Positions 7,331-17,645 of a stretch of 64,000 nt of DNA are shown here, in pieces. Source of the DNA: an uncultured virus (IMG/VR IMGVR_UViG_3300030060_003974) (taxonomy: Duplodnaviria; Heunggongvirae; Uroviricota; Caudoviricetes); IMG/VR virus record IMGVR_UViG_3300030060_003974, positions 1 to 64,000 of that record. The stretch is one strand, 5' to 3'. The first letter of the stretch is position 1; every line of letters begins with the position of its first letter. Below the pieces are notes generated by a model that worked only from the letters and a program-made list of their open reading frames with translations, did no database searches and was not told where the DNA came from. A program made the position numbers and the translations under genes.

Positions 7331-7864
7331 ATGGCATATCCAAAAATAACCGTAAACACGGGCAAAGCATTATCACTAATCGCTAGTGATACAATTCCAA
7401 TTCCTTACGTAGACTCAATACAATTAGTAGGAACAACCTCAGCTACTACTGCAAACAAGCTAGTTGCTGTAGGATCTGATTTTTCTAACGTAACAGTTGG
7501 TGATATTGTGTATAACACTACAGACAACACTTCAACTACTGTTACTGCAGTAGACACCTCTACAATACTTTCTGTTGCAGACGATATATTTACTTCACCT
7601 GAAGACTTTATAGTATTTCAAGCAGGGCCTGTTTTTGAAAGAAGAACAAATTCGGCATCTGGATGTTTATTGTATGTAGGAAGCAGCGAAGGAACTATGG
7701 ATGTAGCAAAATCATTCGTAGATGTAAAAGTAAAAACAGTAGCTGGAAGTATAGTTACCTTTAGTAATTTTCCTGTAGGAGATTACCTACCATTACAAGT
7801 AGTACAGTTATATGCTACAGGTACAGACGCAGCTGCAGATAATAATTGTTTAGCAATCTGGTAA
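7331..7864 (+). CDS. Putative virion structural/decoration protein (177 aa)
   Basis: Thr/Ser/Val-rich beta composition; contains a ~65-aa module shared with two tail proteins. Confidence 0.6.
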   Translation: MAYPKITVNTGKALSLIASDTIPIPYVDSIQLVGTTSATTANKLVAVGSDFSNVTVGDIVYNTTDNTSTTVTAVDTSTILSVADDIFTSPEDFIVFQAGPVFERRTNSASGCLLYVGSSEGTMDVAKSFVDVKVKTVAGSIVTFSNFPVGDYLPLQVVQLYATGTDAAADNNCLAIW

Positions 7865-7865
7865 T

Positions 7866-8150
7866 ATGGCGCAGCAAATAGGAGAAGATACAAAAGTCAC
7901 ACTTGATTTAAAAACTATATCCATGATTATTGGATTTACAGTTTCTTTATGTAGTATGTATTTTGTATTACAGGCGGATATAGCAAAAGCAATGGAGCTG
8001 CCAGCACCAGAAGTTACTAAAACAGAATTTACTTATAAGGATCAAATAATACGAGACGCTATTATGACGACTCAAGAAGATGTAAAAGAAATGAAAGCTA
8101 CTCTTGAAAAACTAGATGAACGTATATTTGAGTTAACAAATGAAAGATGA
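7866..8150 (+). CDS. Single-TM membrane protein with coiled-coil C-terminus
   Basis: Hydrophobic ISMIIGFTVSLCSMYFVL, then heptad pattern. Confidence 0.7.
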   Translation: MAQQIGEDTKVTLDLKTISMIIGFTVSLCSMYFVLQADIAKAMELPAPEVTKTEFTYKDQIIRDAIMTTQEDVKEMKATLEKLDERIFELTNER

Positions 8151-8485
8151 GATTATGTATACTAATATTATTTTTAATCCCAACCTTAACTTTTGCTCAA
8201 TCTTATAAAGACGGTATAGTTGTAGTTCAGTATTCAGCTGACTTTGTAAAAGCCAACGAAATAGATATTAGCAAGTTAGAAGGCGCAGACCTTTTACGTC
8301 TAGCTATGTCTGAACATCCCAAAATTTTTGAAAAAGAAGAAATAAAATTTCTACCCACTGTTTGTTTATATCATAATCGTAAACTAATTTTAAAGGTAGA
8401 AAGCGATATATCATTAAAGCTTCCAGAAGGCTCTATTGATAAAATACAAAAACATATTAATAAAATAGTAAAAAGTAAATTTTAA
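8147..8485 (+). CDS. Exported thioredoxin-like-fold protein lacking CxxC
   Basis: Signal peptide ending TFA-Q; EEIKFLPTVCLY cis-Pro-loop-like motif. Confidence 0.55.
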   Translation: MRLCILILFLIPTLTFAQSYKDGIVVVQYSADFVKANEIDISKLEGADLLRLAMSEHPKIFEKEEIKFLPTVCLYHNRKLILKVESDISLKLPEGSIDKIQKHINKIVKSKF

Positions 8486-8487
8486 AT

Positions 8488-9768
8488 ATGAATAGAAAAA
8501 AAATAACCGAGAAGTTTGCATTAGACGCTATCCTATATATTATAGTAATTTATATAATAGGATTTTTAACTTTTAGTGCGCAGGCTCAAGTAGTACAAGA
8601 GCCTACAAAAAAAGAAGTAAGAAAATTAAAAAAAGGATTTAATAAAGAAAATATTTTTGACAAAGTATACAAAGACCTTTTAAAATATGGAACTTTTTAT
8701 ATTGCAGGTGACGCTAGCAATCCTTATCAAAAACAATCTATCGACTATGTTGTTAGAACTAATCCTAGCGGAAACCTTTATGATGTTCCAGTGGTTCAAG
8801 ACGCAACCGAATATCATGAGTTTGATTATAGGTATGGATTTGGAATAAGACGTATAGCTCGTTTTGATTATGAAAATAAAGAAAAAGCATACTATGATGG
8901 TACAGAAAAAAACGTAGCGCTGTCTTCTCCAACAGCTGCATTTAGTGGGTTTGAATACCTGTTTCATTGGGAAAAAGAAAGAGAGCGAGGTGAGGTGTTT
9001 GAAAACCACCGTTACTTTCTTAGGCATACGGGTAAGCATCACATTGTTAAGGTCGAATCAAGGGCTGAAGGAAATGTAGGTTTTGAATATAATTCAGCTG
9101 AAGTCAGAGGGAGATTACCTATAGGGAAAAAGTTTAGTATATCAGCTGGAGTAATAGCAAGAACTCATGATCAGGCTTTTGGCTACAATCCTGTAGAGAT
9201 ATGGCTAAACGAAACTGATGAAGATGGTTACGCATTAAACCCATGGTACACTTTAGGTTTTGAATATGGGTATGATGATATAGCTTACAATCAAACTGAC
9301 CAATATGGTAACGAGGTCTTTGATTGGTACTGGATAGATGAGCAGGGTGAAATAGTGGCACATACGGATTTAGAATTTCGTGAGACAGTTTTTGCTGACT
9401 TAATGAACAGATACAACAGAGAGCAGTGGGATTTATTAGATGCTTTTGCAGAAGTAGCTCCTATTGTGGGAGCTGATTGGTACAGCTATACTGACAAAGC
9501 TTGGGTTCATGCTTACGCTAATTACATATTACCTTACCATAAGTATTTTAAGGGAGATGAGGATTTTAGTTATTTAAACAGAAACAATTGGGGATTAGGA
9601 GGCTTAAGGCAAGACTCAAAGCTAGAACAATGGGATGACTATCAGTTTGGTTTAATACTAGGCTGGAACATTACTTCAAAATTAGGTATATTTGTAGAAG
9701 GAGAATATACAAAGTTTTGGGATGCTGAAATATTTAAATCAACTATAGGACTGAATATTGAATTATGA
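8488..9768 (+). CDS. Exported aromatic-rich protein, putative outer-membrane beta-barrel (426 aa)
   Basis: Signal/TM segment ending AQA-Q; alternating amphipathic strands near the C-terminus (LGIFVEGEYTKFW, STIGLNIEL). Confidence 0.55.
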   Translation: MNRKKITEKFALDAILYIIVIYIIGFLTFSAQAQVVQEPTKKEVRKLKKGFNKENIFDKVYKDLLKYGTFYIAGDASNPYQKQSIDYVVRTNPSGNLYDVPVVQDATEYHEFDYRYGFGIRRIARFDYENKEKAYYDGTEKNVALSSPTAAFSGFEYLFHWEKERERGEVFENHRYFLRHTGKHHIVKVESRAEGNVGFEYNSAEVRGRLPIGKKFSISAGVIARTHDQAFGYNPVEIWLNETDEDGYALNPWYTLGFEYGYDDIAYNQTDQYGNEVFDWYWIDEQGEIVAHTDLEFRETVFADLMNRYNREQWDLLDAFAEVAPIVGADWYSYTDKAWVHAYANYILPYHKYFKGDEDFSYLNRNNWGLGGLRQDSKLEQWDDYQFGLILGWNITSKLGIFVEGEYTKFWDAEIFKSTIGLNIEL

Positions 9769-10223
9769 AGATAAGCGATCATATAACATATGCGGAAGCT
9801 ATTCATTCAAATACAGCTAAGAGAAAAGGAATAGATAATACACCTAATCCAACTCAAGTTGAAAACATGAAGTTGACAGCTGAGAAAGTGTTTGAACCAC
9901 TAAGAAGATGGGTGGGCGGCCCTATAAAAGTTAACTCTTTTTTCAGGTCTCCTGTTTTAAATGAAGCGATTGGAGGAGTTAGTTCCAGTCAGCACTGTAA
10001 AGGTCAGGCAATTGATATTGACGATGTATATGGATATAAAAGCAATGCCGAAATGTTTACATATATTAAAGAAATGTGTGACTTTGATCAGCTCATATGG
10101 GAATTTGGGACAGACATGAATCCTAATTGGATACATGTTTCATACGTTTCAAAAGAAGATAATAGAGGAAGATGTTTAAAGGCTTATAAAGAAGATGGTA
10201 AGACAAAATATAAAATGATATAA
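9765..10223 (+). CDS. Endolysin, peptidase M15A-type Zn peptidase
   Basis: NSFFRS..LN..IGG..SSQHCKGQAIDI...WIHVSY motifs. Confidence 0.88.
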   Translation: MKISDHITYAEAIHSNTAKRKGIDNTPNPTQVENMKLTAEKVFEPLRRWVGGPIKVNSFFRSPVLNEAIGGVSSSQHCKGQAIDIDDVYGYKSNAEMFTYIKEMCDFDQLIWEFGTDMNPNWIHVSYVSKEDNRGRCLKAYKEDGKTKYKMI

Positions 10224-10381
10224 TGGCTAAAAAAGGAAGAACAAAAAAGAAAGGTAGTAAAATATGTCCAGCTGGAATAGCTTGGGCTAAAAGAACATTT
10301 GACACTTACCCTAGTGCTTATGCTAATATGGCTGCAAGTAAATATTGTAAAGACCCTAATTACGCTAAAAAAAGTAAGTAA
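10223..10381 (+). CDS. Small basic protein (52 aa) with YPSAYAN motif
   Basis: Hand-translated; TAATG coupling. Confidence 0.7.
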   Translation: MAKKGRTKKKGSKICPAGIAWAKRTFDTYPSAYANMAASKYCKDPNYAKKSK

Positions 10382-10400
10382 ATAAATAAATAAATAAATC

Positions 10401-10649
10401 ATGGCAAAAAAAAGAAAAAAGAAACTTAAACCGACCGTAGGTTCAACAAGATTTACTGAGGCAAGAAAGAGAAATGTAAAAGTCAAACCAGTAAATAAAA
10501 AAGCAGCAGCTAAAAGAAAGGCTATCATCTCTAAAGTTAGAAAAGCTGGTGAAGCTAAAGTAAGTGCATCTGTAAAAGCAAGAAATAAACGTATAGGAGG
10601 AAGAAGCGTGAGGATAAATCAAAACACCATGCGTAGAAGAAATAGATAA
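10401..10649 (+). CDS. Arg/Lys-rich protein (82 aa)
   Basis: ORF track. Confidence 0.7.
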   Translation: MAKKRKKKLKPTVGSTRFTEARKRNVKVKPVNKKAAAKRKAIISKVRKAGEAKVSASVKARNKRIGGRSVRINQNTMRRRNR

Positions 10650-10891
10650 TGGCAGGAGCGTTAAAAAAGTGGCGGGATCAAGATTGGGTTCGTATTGGTA
10701 GTGATGGAAAAATCAAAGGAAAATGCGGTACTTCAAAAGATAAAAAAAATCCTGATAGGTGTTTGCCTAGGTCAAAAGCAAATAGCTTATCAAGAAGACA
10801 ATTAGCTGCCACTGCACGCAAAAAGAAAAAAGCGGGAGCAAAAGGTAAAACTGTAGTTAGCAACACTAGAGCTGCAAAAGTAAAATCATAA
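10649..10891 (+). CDS. Basic phage protein (80 aa; LKKW..QDWV...CLP motif)
   Basis: ORF track; coupled at both ends. Confidence 0.75.
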   Translation: MAGALKKWRDQDWVRIGSDGKIKGKCGTSKDKKNPDRCLPRSKANSLSRRQLAATARKKKKAGAKGKTVVSNTRAAKVKS

Positions 10892-11169
10892 TGGCAATAA
10901 GAAGAACAACAGGTAGAGGGGGTAATTATAGGTCGACTAAGTCTGGCGCTGGAATGACTAAAAAAGGTGTGGCTGCATACAGAAGAGCAAACCCTGGGTC
11001 TAAGTTGAAAACTGCAGTTACAGGCAAAGTAAAACCAGGAAGTAAAAGAGCTAAAAGAAGAAAATCTTATTGCGCAAGAAGTTTAGGGCAATTAAAAAGA
11101 AGTAGTGCTAAAACAAGAAATAATCCTAATTCTAGAATTAGACAAGCTAGAAGAAGATGGAAATGTTAA
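10891..11169 (+). CDS. Basic phage protein, DUF6321-like
   Basis: GMTKKGVAAYRRANPGSKLKTAV...RRKSYCARS...RRRWKC motif (family recalled, not searched). Confidence 0.7.
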   Translation: MAIRRTTGRGGNYRSTKSGAGMTKKGVAAYRRANPGSKLKTAVTGKVKPGSKRAKRRKSYCARSLGQLKRSSAKTRNNPNSRIRQARRRWKC

Positions 11170-11170
11170 T

Positions 11171-11581
11171 ATGAAAGATATATTATTAAAAATATTTGGA
11201 GGTTCAGCTGGAGAAGTCACTAATAGACTTTCTAATGTGGTGGATAAATTTGTAAGAACAAAAGATGAAAAAGCCGCTTTTGAAAAAGAGATGACGCAAA
11301 TATTAATTGAAGCTGAAGCAGCTATGCAAAAAAACGTAACTGATAGATGGAAAGCAGACATGGCATCTGATAACAAACTTTCAAAATCAGTAAGGCCTTT
11401 AGTTTTAATTTTTGTTATTGTCTGTACTATGGTGCTAATTTTTATTGACTCAGGATTTATTAACTTTGCAGTTGAAGAAAAATGGTCAGATTTACTTCAA
11501 ATGCTTCTTATTACAATTGTTGCAGCATACTTCGGAGGAAGGTCTTATGAAAAAGGTAAATCGATAAAAGGTAAAAAATAA
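11171..11581 (+). CDS. Putative holin (GTA 3TM-holin-like)
   Basis: RWKADMASD..LSKSVRP, two hydrophobic segments, AYFGGRSYEK; start moved to ATG 11171. Confidence 0.7.
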   Translation: MKDILLKIFGGSAGEVTNRLSNVVDKFVRTKDEKAAFEKEMTQILIEAEAAMQKNVTDRWKADMASDNKLSKSVRPLVLIFVIVCTMVLIFIDSGFINFAVEEKWSDLLQMLLITIVAAYFGGRSYEKGKSIKGKK

Positions 11582-11586
11582 ATTAA

Positions 11587-12327
11587 ATGGCAAGAATAAG
11601 TACCTACGAAAAAGATTTAAATATAAATCCAGATGATAAATGGATTGGTACAGATGCCGATTTTCTAGACGCTACCAAAAACTTTACAGCTGGAGCTGTA
11701 GCCACATGGATTGCGCAGTTTAATTACGTAGACAATCCCTTCCCAAGATACACATATAAAGATATGACCATACCAGCTAATATAGCCGCTGGTAGAGAGT
11801 GCGGAACAATTACTCAAGATCCAGCAGTAGCTGGAGTTATTCCTTTTTCAACTCTTACAGATTTTATGCTAAGCATTTATCAAAAAAACAGATGTACTGT
11901 AGATATATCAGGTTACTATACTGCGCCTTTAGTGGGGTCAACAGTTATAATAACTAAATGTACAGACATGTCAACATGGGGTATTTTTACTTGGGCAGCC
12001 GCTCAAGTTGACCCTTTAGAAACAAGCTTTTTCGATATTCAAGTTACTTATATTGCAGGTAATGGAGGCTTCGAAAATGATCAAGATTATTTTATATCTT
12101 TGTTGGACTATGGAACTAATGTTCCTGGCGATAAAAATCACGTTGCAACTTTAACGCCTGCAGCGTCAACTTTTAACGTAAACCACGGTCTTAATAAATT
12201 TTCATCAGTCACAATAGTTGACCCAAATGAAGAAATAGTTGAGGCTCATGTAGATTACACTAGCGCTAACTCTGTAACCATAACGTTTTCAGAAGTAGTA
12301 AACAATTATAAGGCGTTTTTTAATTAA
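11587..12327 (+). CDS. Virion/tail-fibre-associated protein
   Basis: C-terminal VNHGLNKFSSVTIVD module similar to the end of 12346..14886. Confidence 0.6.
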   Translation: MARISTYEKDLNINPDDKWIGTDADFLDATKNFTAGAVATWIAQFNYVDNPFPRYTYKDMTIPANIAAGRECGTITQDPAVAGVIPFSTLTDFMLSIYQKNRCTVDISGYYTAPLVGSTVIITKCTDMSTWGIFTWAAAQVDPLETSFFDIQVTYIAGNGGFENDQDYFISLLDYGTNVPGDKNHVATLTPAASTFNVNHGLNKFSSVTIVDPNEEIVEAHVDYTSANSVTITFSEVVNNYKAFFN

Positions 12328-12345
12328 TAAAAGAAAAAAAATATT

Positions 12346-14886
12346 ATGGCAGAAATTAATTATTATGCAGATATTGACTTAAATAATGGTCAGGTAAAGA
12401 ATTTTAAAGTAGACAACTCTACTTCTTTTCCAAGTATAGCTGGTGTAGGTCAACTACGATACGATACAGGTAACTCAGTATTAAAGTATCATACAGGTGG
12501 TGGAACATGGGTAACTATTGGAACAAGTACAGGTGGAGTAACAACTTTTACAAACACAAACAATGGAACATTCGTAGCTTACGGAACTGCAAACGCAGCA
12601 GCATCAGGAGGGGTAAATATTGGAGATGTTGACTTAACAGCAACTGGGACTCCAAGTGCTACTACATTCCTTAGAGGTGATAATGTGTGGGCAACCCCAG
12701 CGGGTGCGTATACGTCTTGGACGTTAGCAGGCGACTCTGGTTCGAGTCAAGCAATCGCAGATGGTAATACAGCTACTTTTGCGGGAGGCACAGGTATAAC
12801 AACCGCAGCTTCAGCAACCGACACCTTAACTATAACAAACAGCCTTCCGTTTAATAATATTGGAACTGCTGGTGATTCTGGTTCATCAACCATTACCAAT
12901 ACAGATACAATTACAATAGCAGGTGGTACAGGTATTACAACAGCCGATAATGGTTCGGGAACAATAACTATTACAGCTTCAGGAAGTGGAACAATGTCTT
13001 CTTGGACATTAAGTGGAGACAGTGGTTCAAGCCAAACTATTAGTGATGGTAATACAGTAGATATTGCTGGAGGTACAGGTGTGAATACAGCTGCTTCATC
13101 TACAGATACACTTACTGTTAATATTGATATGGTTGGAGCTGACAACTATATTGAAGTTAACGCAGCTGCCGCTATAGCATCTGGTGACTTCTTAGCGTTT
13201 AGTGATATTAACGACTCTAACACAGTAAAGAAAATTACATTCGCTAACTTATTTAGTGGTTATATGCAAGGCTTCTTTATAGACGCTGACACAAATGGTG
13301 GTGCGGTAACAGCAACTAATAACTACATGGATATTGCTGGAGGTACTGCAATAAGCACAGCATGGACAGGAGTTGGCTCAGGCCCTCAAATTCAAACTGT
13401 AACTGTAAATCACAATACTTTCGGATCTGCAGGAACATATACATACCCTTCTTCAGTAACAACTAATTCAACTGGTCACATCACAGCGATTACAAGCGGT
13501 TCAGCTCCTGGCACAATGTCAAGCTGGACATTGGCTGGAGATAGTGGTTCGTCACAATCAATAACAAACGGTAACACAGCTACATTTATTGGTGGTACGG
13601 GTATTACTACAGCTGCATCAGCAACTGATGATTTAACAATTACAAACTCTTTACCATTTAATAGCATAACATTAGCTGCTACAACTGGAAGTAATTCAAC
13701 AATAGTTAACTCTGGAACTATAACTATTGCTGCAGGATCAAACATTTCTACAACAAATAATGGTAGTGGTCAAGTAACAATAGCGTATACAGGCGGTACA
13801 GGTTCAATGTCTTCATTTACTTTAGCTGGCGACTCAGGTTCGGCTCAAACAATAAGTAACGGAGATACGCTTACGGTTGCTGGATCTGTAGGAATTGACA
13901 CGGTAGCTTCGGCAACTGATACTGTAGAAGTTAATTTAGATTTATCTGAACTACAAACAGTAACAACTGTTGACCCAGCTGCAGATTTCTTAGTAGGTGT
14001 AGACGGATCGCAAAACGAAAAAATATTATACCAAAATGTACACTTAGACCAATGGGGTGATGCAGAAGCAGATGTAGACTTTGGCGGTAATAAATTATTA
14101 GATGTTGCAACTGGTACAGCTGGAACTGACGGTGTTAATTTAGCGCAAGTACAGTCTATTGCAGCAGGAGTAGGAGTCTTCCAAGGTGGTTATAACGCAA
14201 TAAATAACACTCCAGCATTAACAGGAGGTAGTAACATCGCTTTGGATCAAGGGGATTATTATGCTGTAACAGATTCTAATCAATCTTCTTTCTTAGGAAC
14301 TGTAGTAGAAGTAGGAGATTTAATATTTGCGAACAATGCTATTTCAGCGAGTTCGACTCCAAGTGCTTCTGACTATACGATAGTTCAATCGGGACAAAGT
14401 ATTGCAGGGTCTGGAGCTACAGATGGAGCAACCGTAAAAGGTATTGCTGGATTTGACAACGCAAACTTTACAGTAACTGGAAACGGATGGGTTTCATTAA
14501 ATAATCAAGGAACAAACGGAAACTACGGTTCTGCCTCAGAAACTGTAACGCTTGCAGTTAATGCAGACGGTATTATAACCTCAGCTTCAGAGCAAAGTAT
14601 AGCTATCACATCAGGACAGGTTACAAACTTCTGTACAGATGTTGAAACTTGTGTTAACTCAGCATTCTTCTATCAAGTAACCTTTGGTAATGCAAGTGAT
14701 ACTGATTATGCTATATCTCATGGATTCAATACTACGGATGTTATGTGTCAAATTTATGATGTTTCTTCTGGAGACACTATTTACGCTGAAGTGGAAAGAA
14801 CAAATGCCACAACCGTAACCGTAAGAAGTAATTCTGCACCTGGAACAAATGCTTGGAGAATTTTAGTAACTAATGTTTCTGGATAA
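12346..14886 (+). CDS. Tail fibre / spike protein with internal repeats (846 aa)
   Basis: G/S/T-rich; repeated SSWTLAGDSGSSQxIxxGNTATFxGGTGITT units. Confidence 0.8.
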   Translation: MAEINYYADIDLNNGQVKNFKVDNSTSFPSIAGVGQLRYDTGNSVLKYHTGGGTWVTIGTSTGGVTTFTNTNNGTFVAYGTANAAASGGVNIGDVDLTATGTPSATTFLRGDNVWATPAGAYTSWTLAGDSGSSQAIADGNTATFAGGTGITTAASATDTLTITNSLPFNNIGTAGDSGSSTITNTDTITIAGGTGITTADNGSGTITITASGSGTMSSWTLSGDSGSSQTISDGNTVDIAGGTGVNTAASSTDTLTVNIDMVGADNYIEVNAAAAIASGDFLAFSDINDSNTVKKITFANLFSGYMQGFFIDADTNGGAVTATNNYMDIAGGTAISTAWTGVGSGPQIQTVTVNHNTFGSAGTYTYPSSVTTNSTGHITAITSGSAPGTMSSWTLAGDSGSSQSITNGNTATFIGGTGITTAASATDDLTITNSLPFNSITLAATTGSNSTIVNSGTITIAAGSNISTTNNGSGQVTIAYTGGTGSMSSFTLAGDSGSAQTISNGDTLTVAGSVGIDTVASATDTVEVNLDLSELQTVTTVDPAADFLVGVDGSQNEKILYQNVHLDQWGDAEADVDFGGNKLLDVATGTAGTDGVNLAQVQSIAAGVGVFQGGYNAINNTPALTGGSNIALDQGDYYAVTDSNQSSFLGTVVEVGDLIFANNAISASSTPSASDYTIVQSGQSIAGSGATDGATVKGIAGFDNANFTVTGNGWVSLNNQGTNGNYGSASETVTLAVNADGIITSASEQSIAITSGQVTNFCTDVETCVNSAFFYQVTFGNASDTDYAISHGFNTTDVMCQIYDVSSGDTIYAEVERTNATTVTVRSNSAPGTNAWRILVTNVSG

Positions 14887-14912
14887 GAAATATTAAATTA
14901 TATTTGTAACAT

Positions 14913-16892
14913 ATGGCAACTACCAATTATTATAATGATTTAGTTGTTACAGGAGCGGCGACTTTTTCGGACACTGTAACAGCATCTAATGGTAGTCTAA
15001 TACTAGGAGGAACAGGGCGTATACAAGGTGTTGATAGTATTATCGCTGGTACAGACGCTGTTAATAAAACTTACGTAGACAATGCCATCTCAGGTGTGCC
15101 TCAAGGCACAGTTACTGGAACGGGTAGTGCAAATACAGTAGCAAAGTTTACTTCAAGTACAGCTATAGGAGATGGCCCAATAACATTCTCAACTAATGAT
15201 TCAACCTTTGCAGGTACTATAACAGTAACCAATGGTACACACATAGGTCTTACTATTGTAGGTTCGGGTACTAGCCATACACAAGGTGCTATTGCTCTTA
15301 AAAGTTCAACTTCAGATACTCCAGAGGCTAGAGGTCAAGGCGTGTTTATGTTTAACGAAGGTGATGATTCTACTTGGTATACAGGTACTCAATACCAAGA
15401 TGCTGATACGTGGATGTTAGGTAGAGTTGCGGGAACATCTTTAGATACTGCTGCTGCTACAACTGGAAATGCAGTGATAGAAGTTAGTAATAACGGAGCA
15501 GTAAAATTATCTACTATTGCTGCAGTTGGTACTGATACTGATAAGTTTTTGATGTCTAACAATGGTACAATAGCGTTTGCAACTGGTGCAGAGGTATTAT
15601 CTTTTATAGGTGCTGGAACAGGAAGTGGATCAATGTCTTCTTGGGATATAGATACTGCTCTTGGTACAGCCTCAACAGTTTCTAATGGAGATGAAGTAAC
15701 CCTTACAAGTAGCGCTAATAATCTTAGTATAAATAATTCAGGGTTAACTGTAACTCTTGATTTAGCATCTAGTATATCCGTAACTGATGTAATTACCTGT
15801 GGCTCTGATATGACTGTGGGTGATGAATTAACCGTAGACACTATTAATAATGACACAAATGCTGGAACTAAGTTTTTAGTTCATGCCTCTGGTGATAAAA
15901 TAAAATATCGTACAGCTGCAGAAGTATTAAGCGACATAGGCGCTGGAACAGGTTCTGGCACAATGTCATCTTGGACGCTTGCGGGAGATTCTGGTACTAC
16001 TGCAATTAGTAATGGCAACACAGCTACAATAGCGGGAGGAACAAATATAACCACTTCTGAAAGCGCTGGCACTGTTACTATAAATAATGGGATTACTAAT
16101 AATAATCAATTAACTAATGGCGCAGGATACACAACTAATACAGGAACAGTAACGGGTACTGGAGTATCAGGAAGAGTAACATATTGGAACGGAACTAGCT
16201 CAGTAACATCTGACTCGGACTTAACATTTAATGGAAGCGATTTAACTATTGGGGGAGACTTATCTGTCAATGGCGGTGATATATCAACTAATCAAGTAAA
16301 AACAATTAGTAACGCAGCCTCTCAAGCCACATTAAAAATAGGAGATATTGACGGTAATGATGATATTACTCAAATAGACTTTATGGCTCAAGCAAATACA
16401 AACATGAGTTTAGGTGATGACTCGATACAATTTAATAGCTCAGCTATAAACCTCCCTTCTGGATCTTCAACACTTAAGAACGGGTACGGTACACATAAAG
16501 AGTATGAGTTACCACCTATGACTAATTATCAAGCAAACGGTGAAACAATTTCTCTATATTCGACAAGTGTAACTGCAGGAAAAATTTATTCTTTGAGTAA
16601 TGCTTTTGCGGGGTGGGAACAAACTGACGCTGATGATGACAACACTACAAATATGCTAGGTATGGCCCTTGGAACTTCTTCAGGAAGTGGAATGTTATTA
16701 CGAGGAGTTATAAGATGGCCATCCCATGGATTTACTGCGGGAAGACCTTTATATGTTTCAAACACTCCAGGTGCTTTTACGTCAACAGCACCAACAGGTG
16801 CTTCTGATTATGTTAGAGTCATAGGTTATGTAATAGACAGTAGTCGTATATTTTTCTGCCCTGATAATACTTGGGTTCAACGCCCAGCTTAA
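14913..16892 (+). CDS. Tail fibre protein 2 (659 aa)
   Basis: Same MSSWTLAGDSG repeat; DAVNKTYVD fibre motif; TATATTTG at 14899-14906. Confidence 0.8.
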   Translation: MATTNYYNDLVVTGAATFSDTVTASNGSLILGGTGRIQGVDSIIAGTDAVNKTYVDNAISGVPQGTVTGTGSANTVAKFTSSTAIGDGPITFSTNDSTFAGTITVTNGTHIGLTIVGSGTSHTQGAIALKSSTSDTPEARGQGVFMFNEGDDSTWYTGTQYQDADTWMLGRVAGTSLDTAAATTGNAVIEVSNNGAVKLSTIAAVGTDTDKFLMSNNGTIAFATGAEVLSFIGAGTGSGSMSSWDIDTALGTASTVSNGDEVTLTSSANNLSINNSGLTVTLDLASSISVTDVITCGSDMTVGDELTVDTINNDTNAGTKFLVHASGDKIKYRTAAEVLSDIGAGTGSGTMSSWTLAGDSGTTAISNGNTATIAGGTNITTSESAGTVTINNGITNNNQLTNGAGYTTNTGTVTGTGVSGRVTYWNGTSSVTSDSDLTFNGSDLTIGGDLSVNGGDISTNQVKTISNAASQATLKIGDIDGNDDITQIDFMAQANTNMSLGDDSIQFNSSAINLPSGSSTLKNGYGTHKEYELPPMTNYQANGETISLYSTSVTAGKIYSLSNAFAGWEQTDADDDNTTNMLGMALGTSSGSGMLLRGVIRWPSHGFTAGRPLYVSNTPGAFTSTAPTGASDYVRVIGYVIDSSRIFFCPDNTWVQRPA

Positions 16893-16902
16893 TTAATTTA
16901 CT

Positions 16903-17592
16903 ATGCCAACAATAAACGCTTCGAAATATGGTTATTTGGTGCAATCTTCTACTACAAGTTTTATTGCTCTAAGGAATGCCACAACAGCTTTACAAGTAAA
17001 TAACCAACCTACAGGTAACAAAATTGCCGCAAGATTTCGTTACTTAACAGGAAGTAAAGGAAGTGAATGGCAAATGCATAGGTCTTATTGGGCTTTCGAT
17101 GTATCAGCATATCAATCAGGATACACAATAACCGACCTTGAAGTAAAGTTTGATCCAACAAATTCTACTACAACCAACTTTCCTATTGCAATAATAAAAT
17201 CAACAGCACAAGGCAATGCTAATTCTAATTTAGTTTCTGGTGATTGGGATAGCTTAGATTTTAACACTTTATATTCTGACAATAGCTCATCTAATTACTG
17301 GCCAGACACAAATAACGTAAGCACTATTGAATTAAACTCTACAGCTATTAGCGCATTTAGCACAGGATACCTAAAGCTATGTGTAGTTTGGTGGTTTGAC
17401 TATACAGGAACAGGAGGGCTTGTTTCCCCTACAACTATTAACGCATATCAAAATACGACTTATGTACCGAGACTTGAGTTTACTGCAACAGCTACTGGAT
17501 ATGGTAATAGCGTAATAGGAGTAGCCTCTGAAAATATTGGTAGCATAATAGGAGTATCCACTGCAGATATTGATAAAGTAATAGGCGTGTAG
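16903..17592 (+). CDS. Putative fibre-tip / carbohydrate-binding virion protein
   Basis: Beta-rich; PRLEFT; C-terminal short repeats SVIGV/SIIGV/KVIGV. Confidence 0.55.
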   Translation: MPTINASKYGYLVQSSTTSFIALRNATTALQVNNQPTGNKIAARFRYLTGSKGSEWQMHRSYWAFDVSAYQSGYTITDLEVKFDPTNSTTTNFPIAIIKSTAQGNANSNLVSGDWDSLDFNTLYSDNSSSNYWPDTNNVSTIELNSTAISAFSTGYLKLCVVWWFDYTGTGGLVSPTTINAYQNTTYVPRLEFTATATGYGNSVIGVASENIGSIIGVSTADIDKVIGV

Positions 17593-17645
17593 TAATTCAA
17601 AAAAATTAACTATCTTTGTTTTACTAATTAATAAAATATAATATA

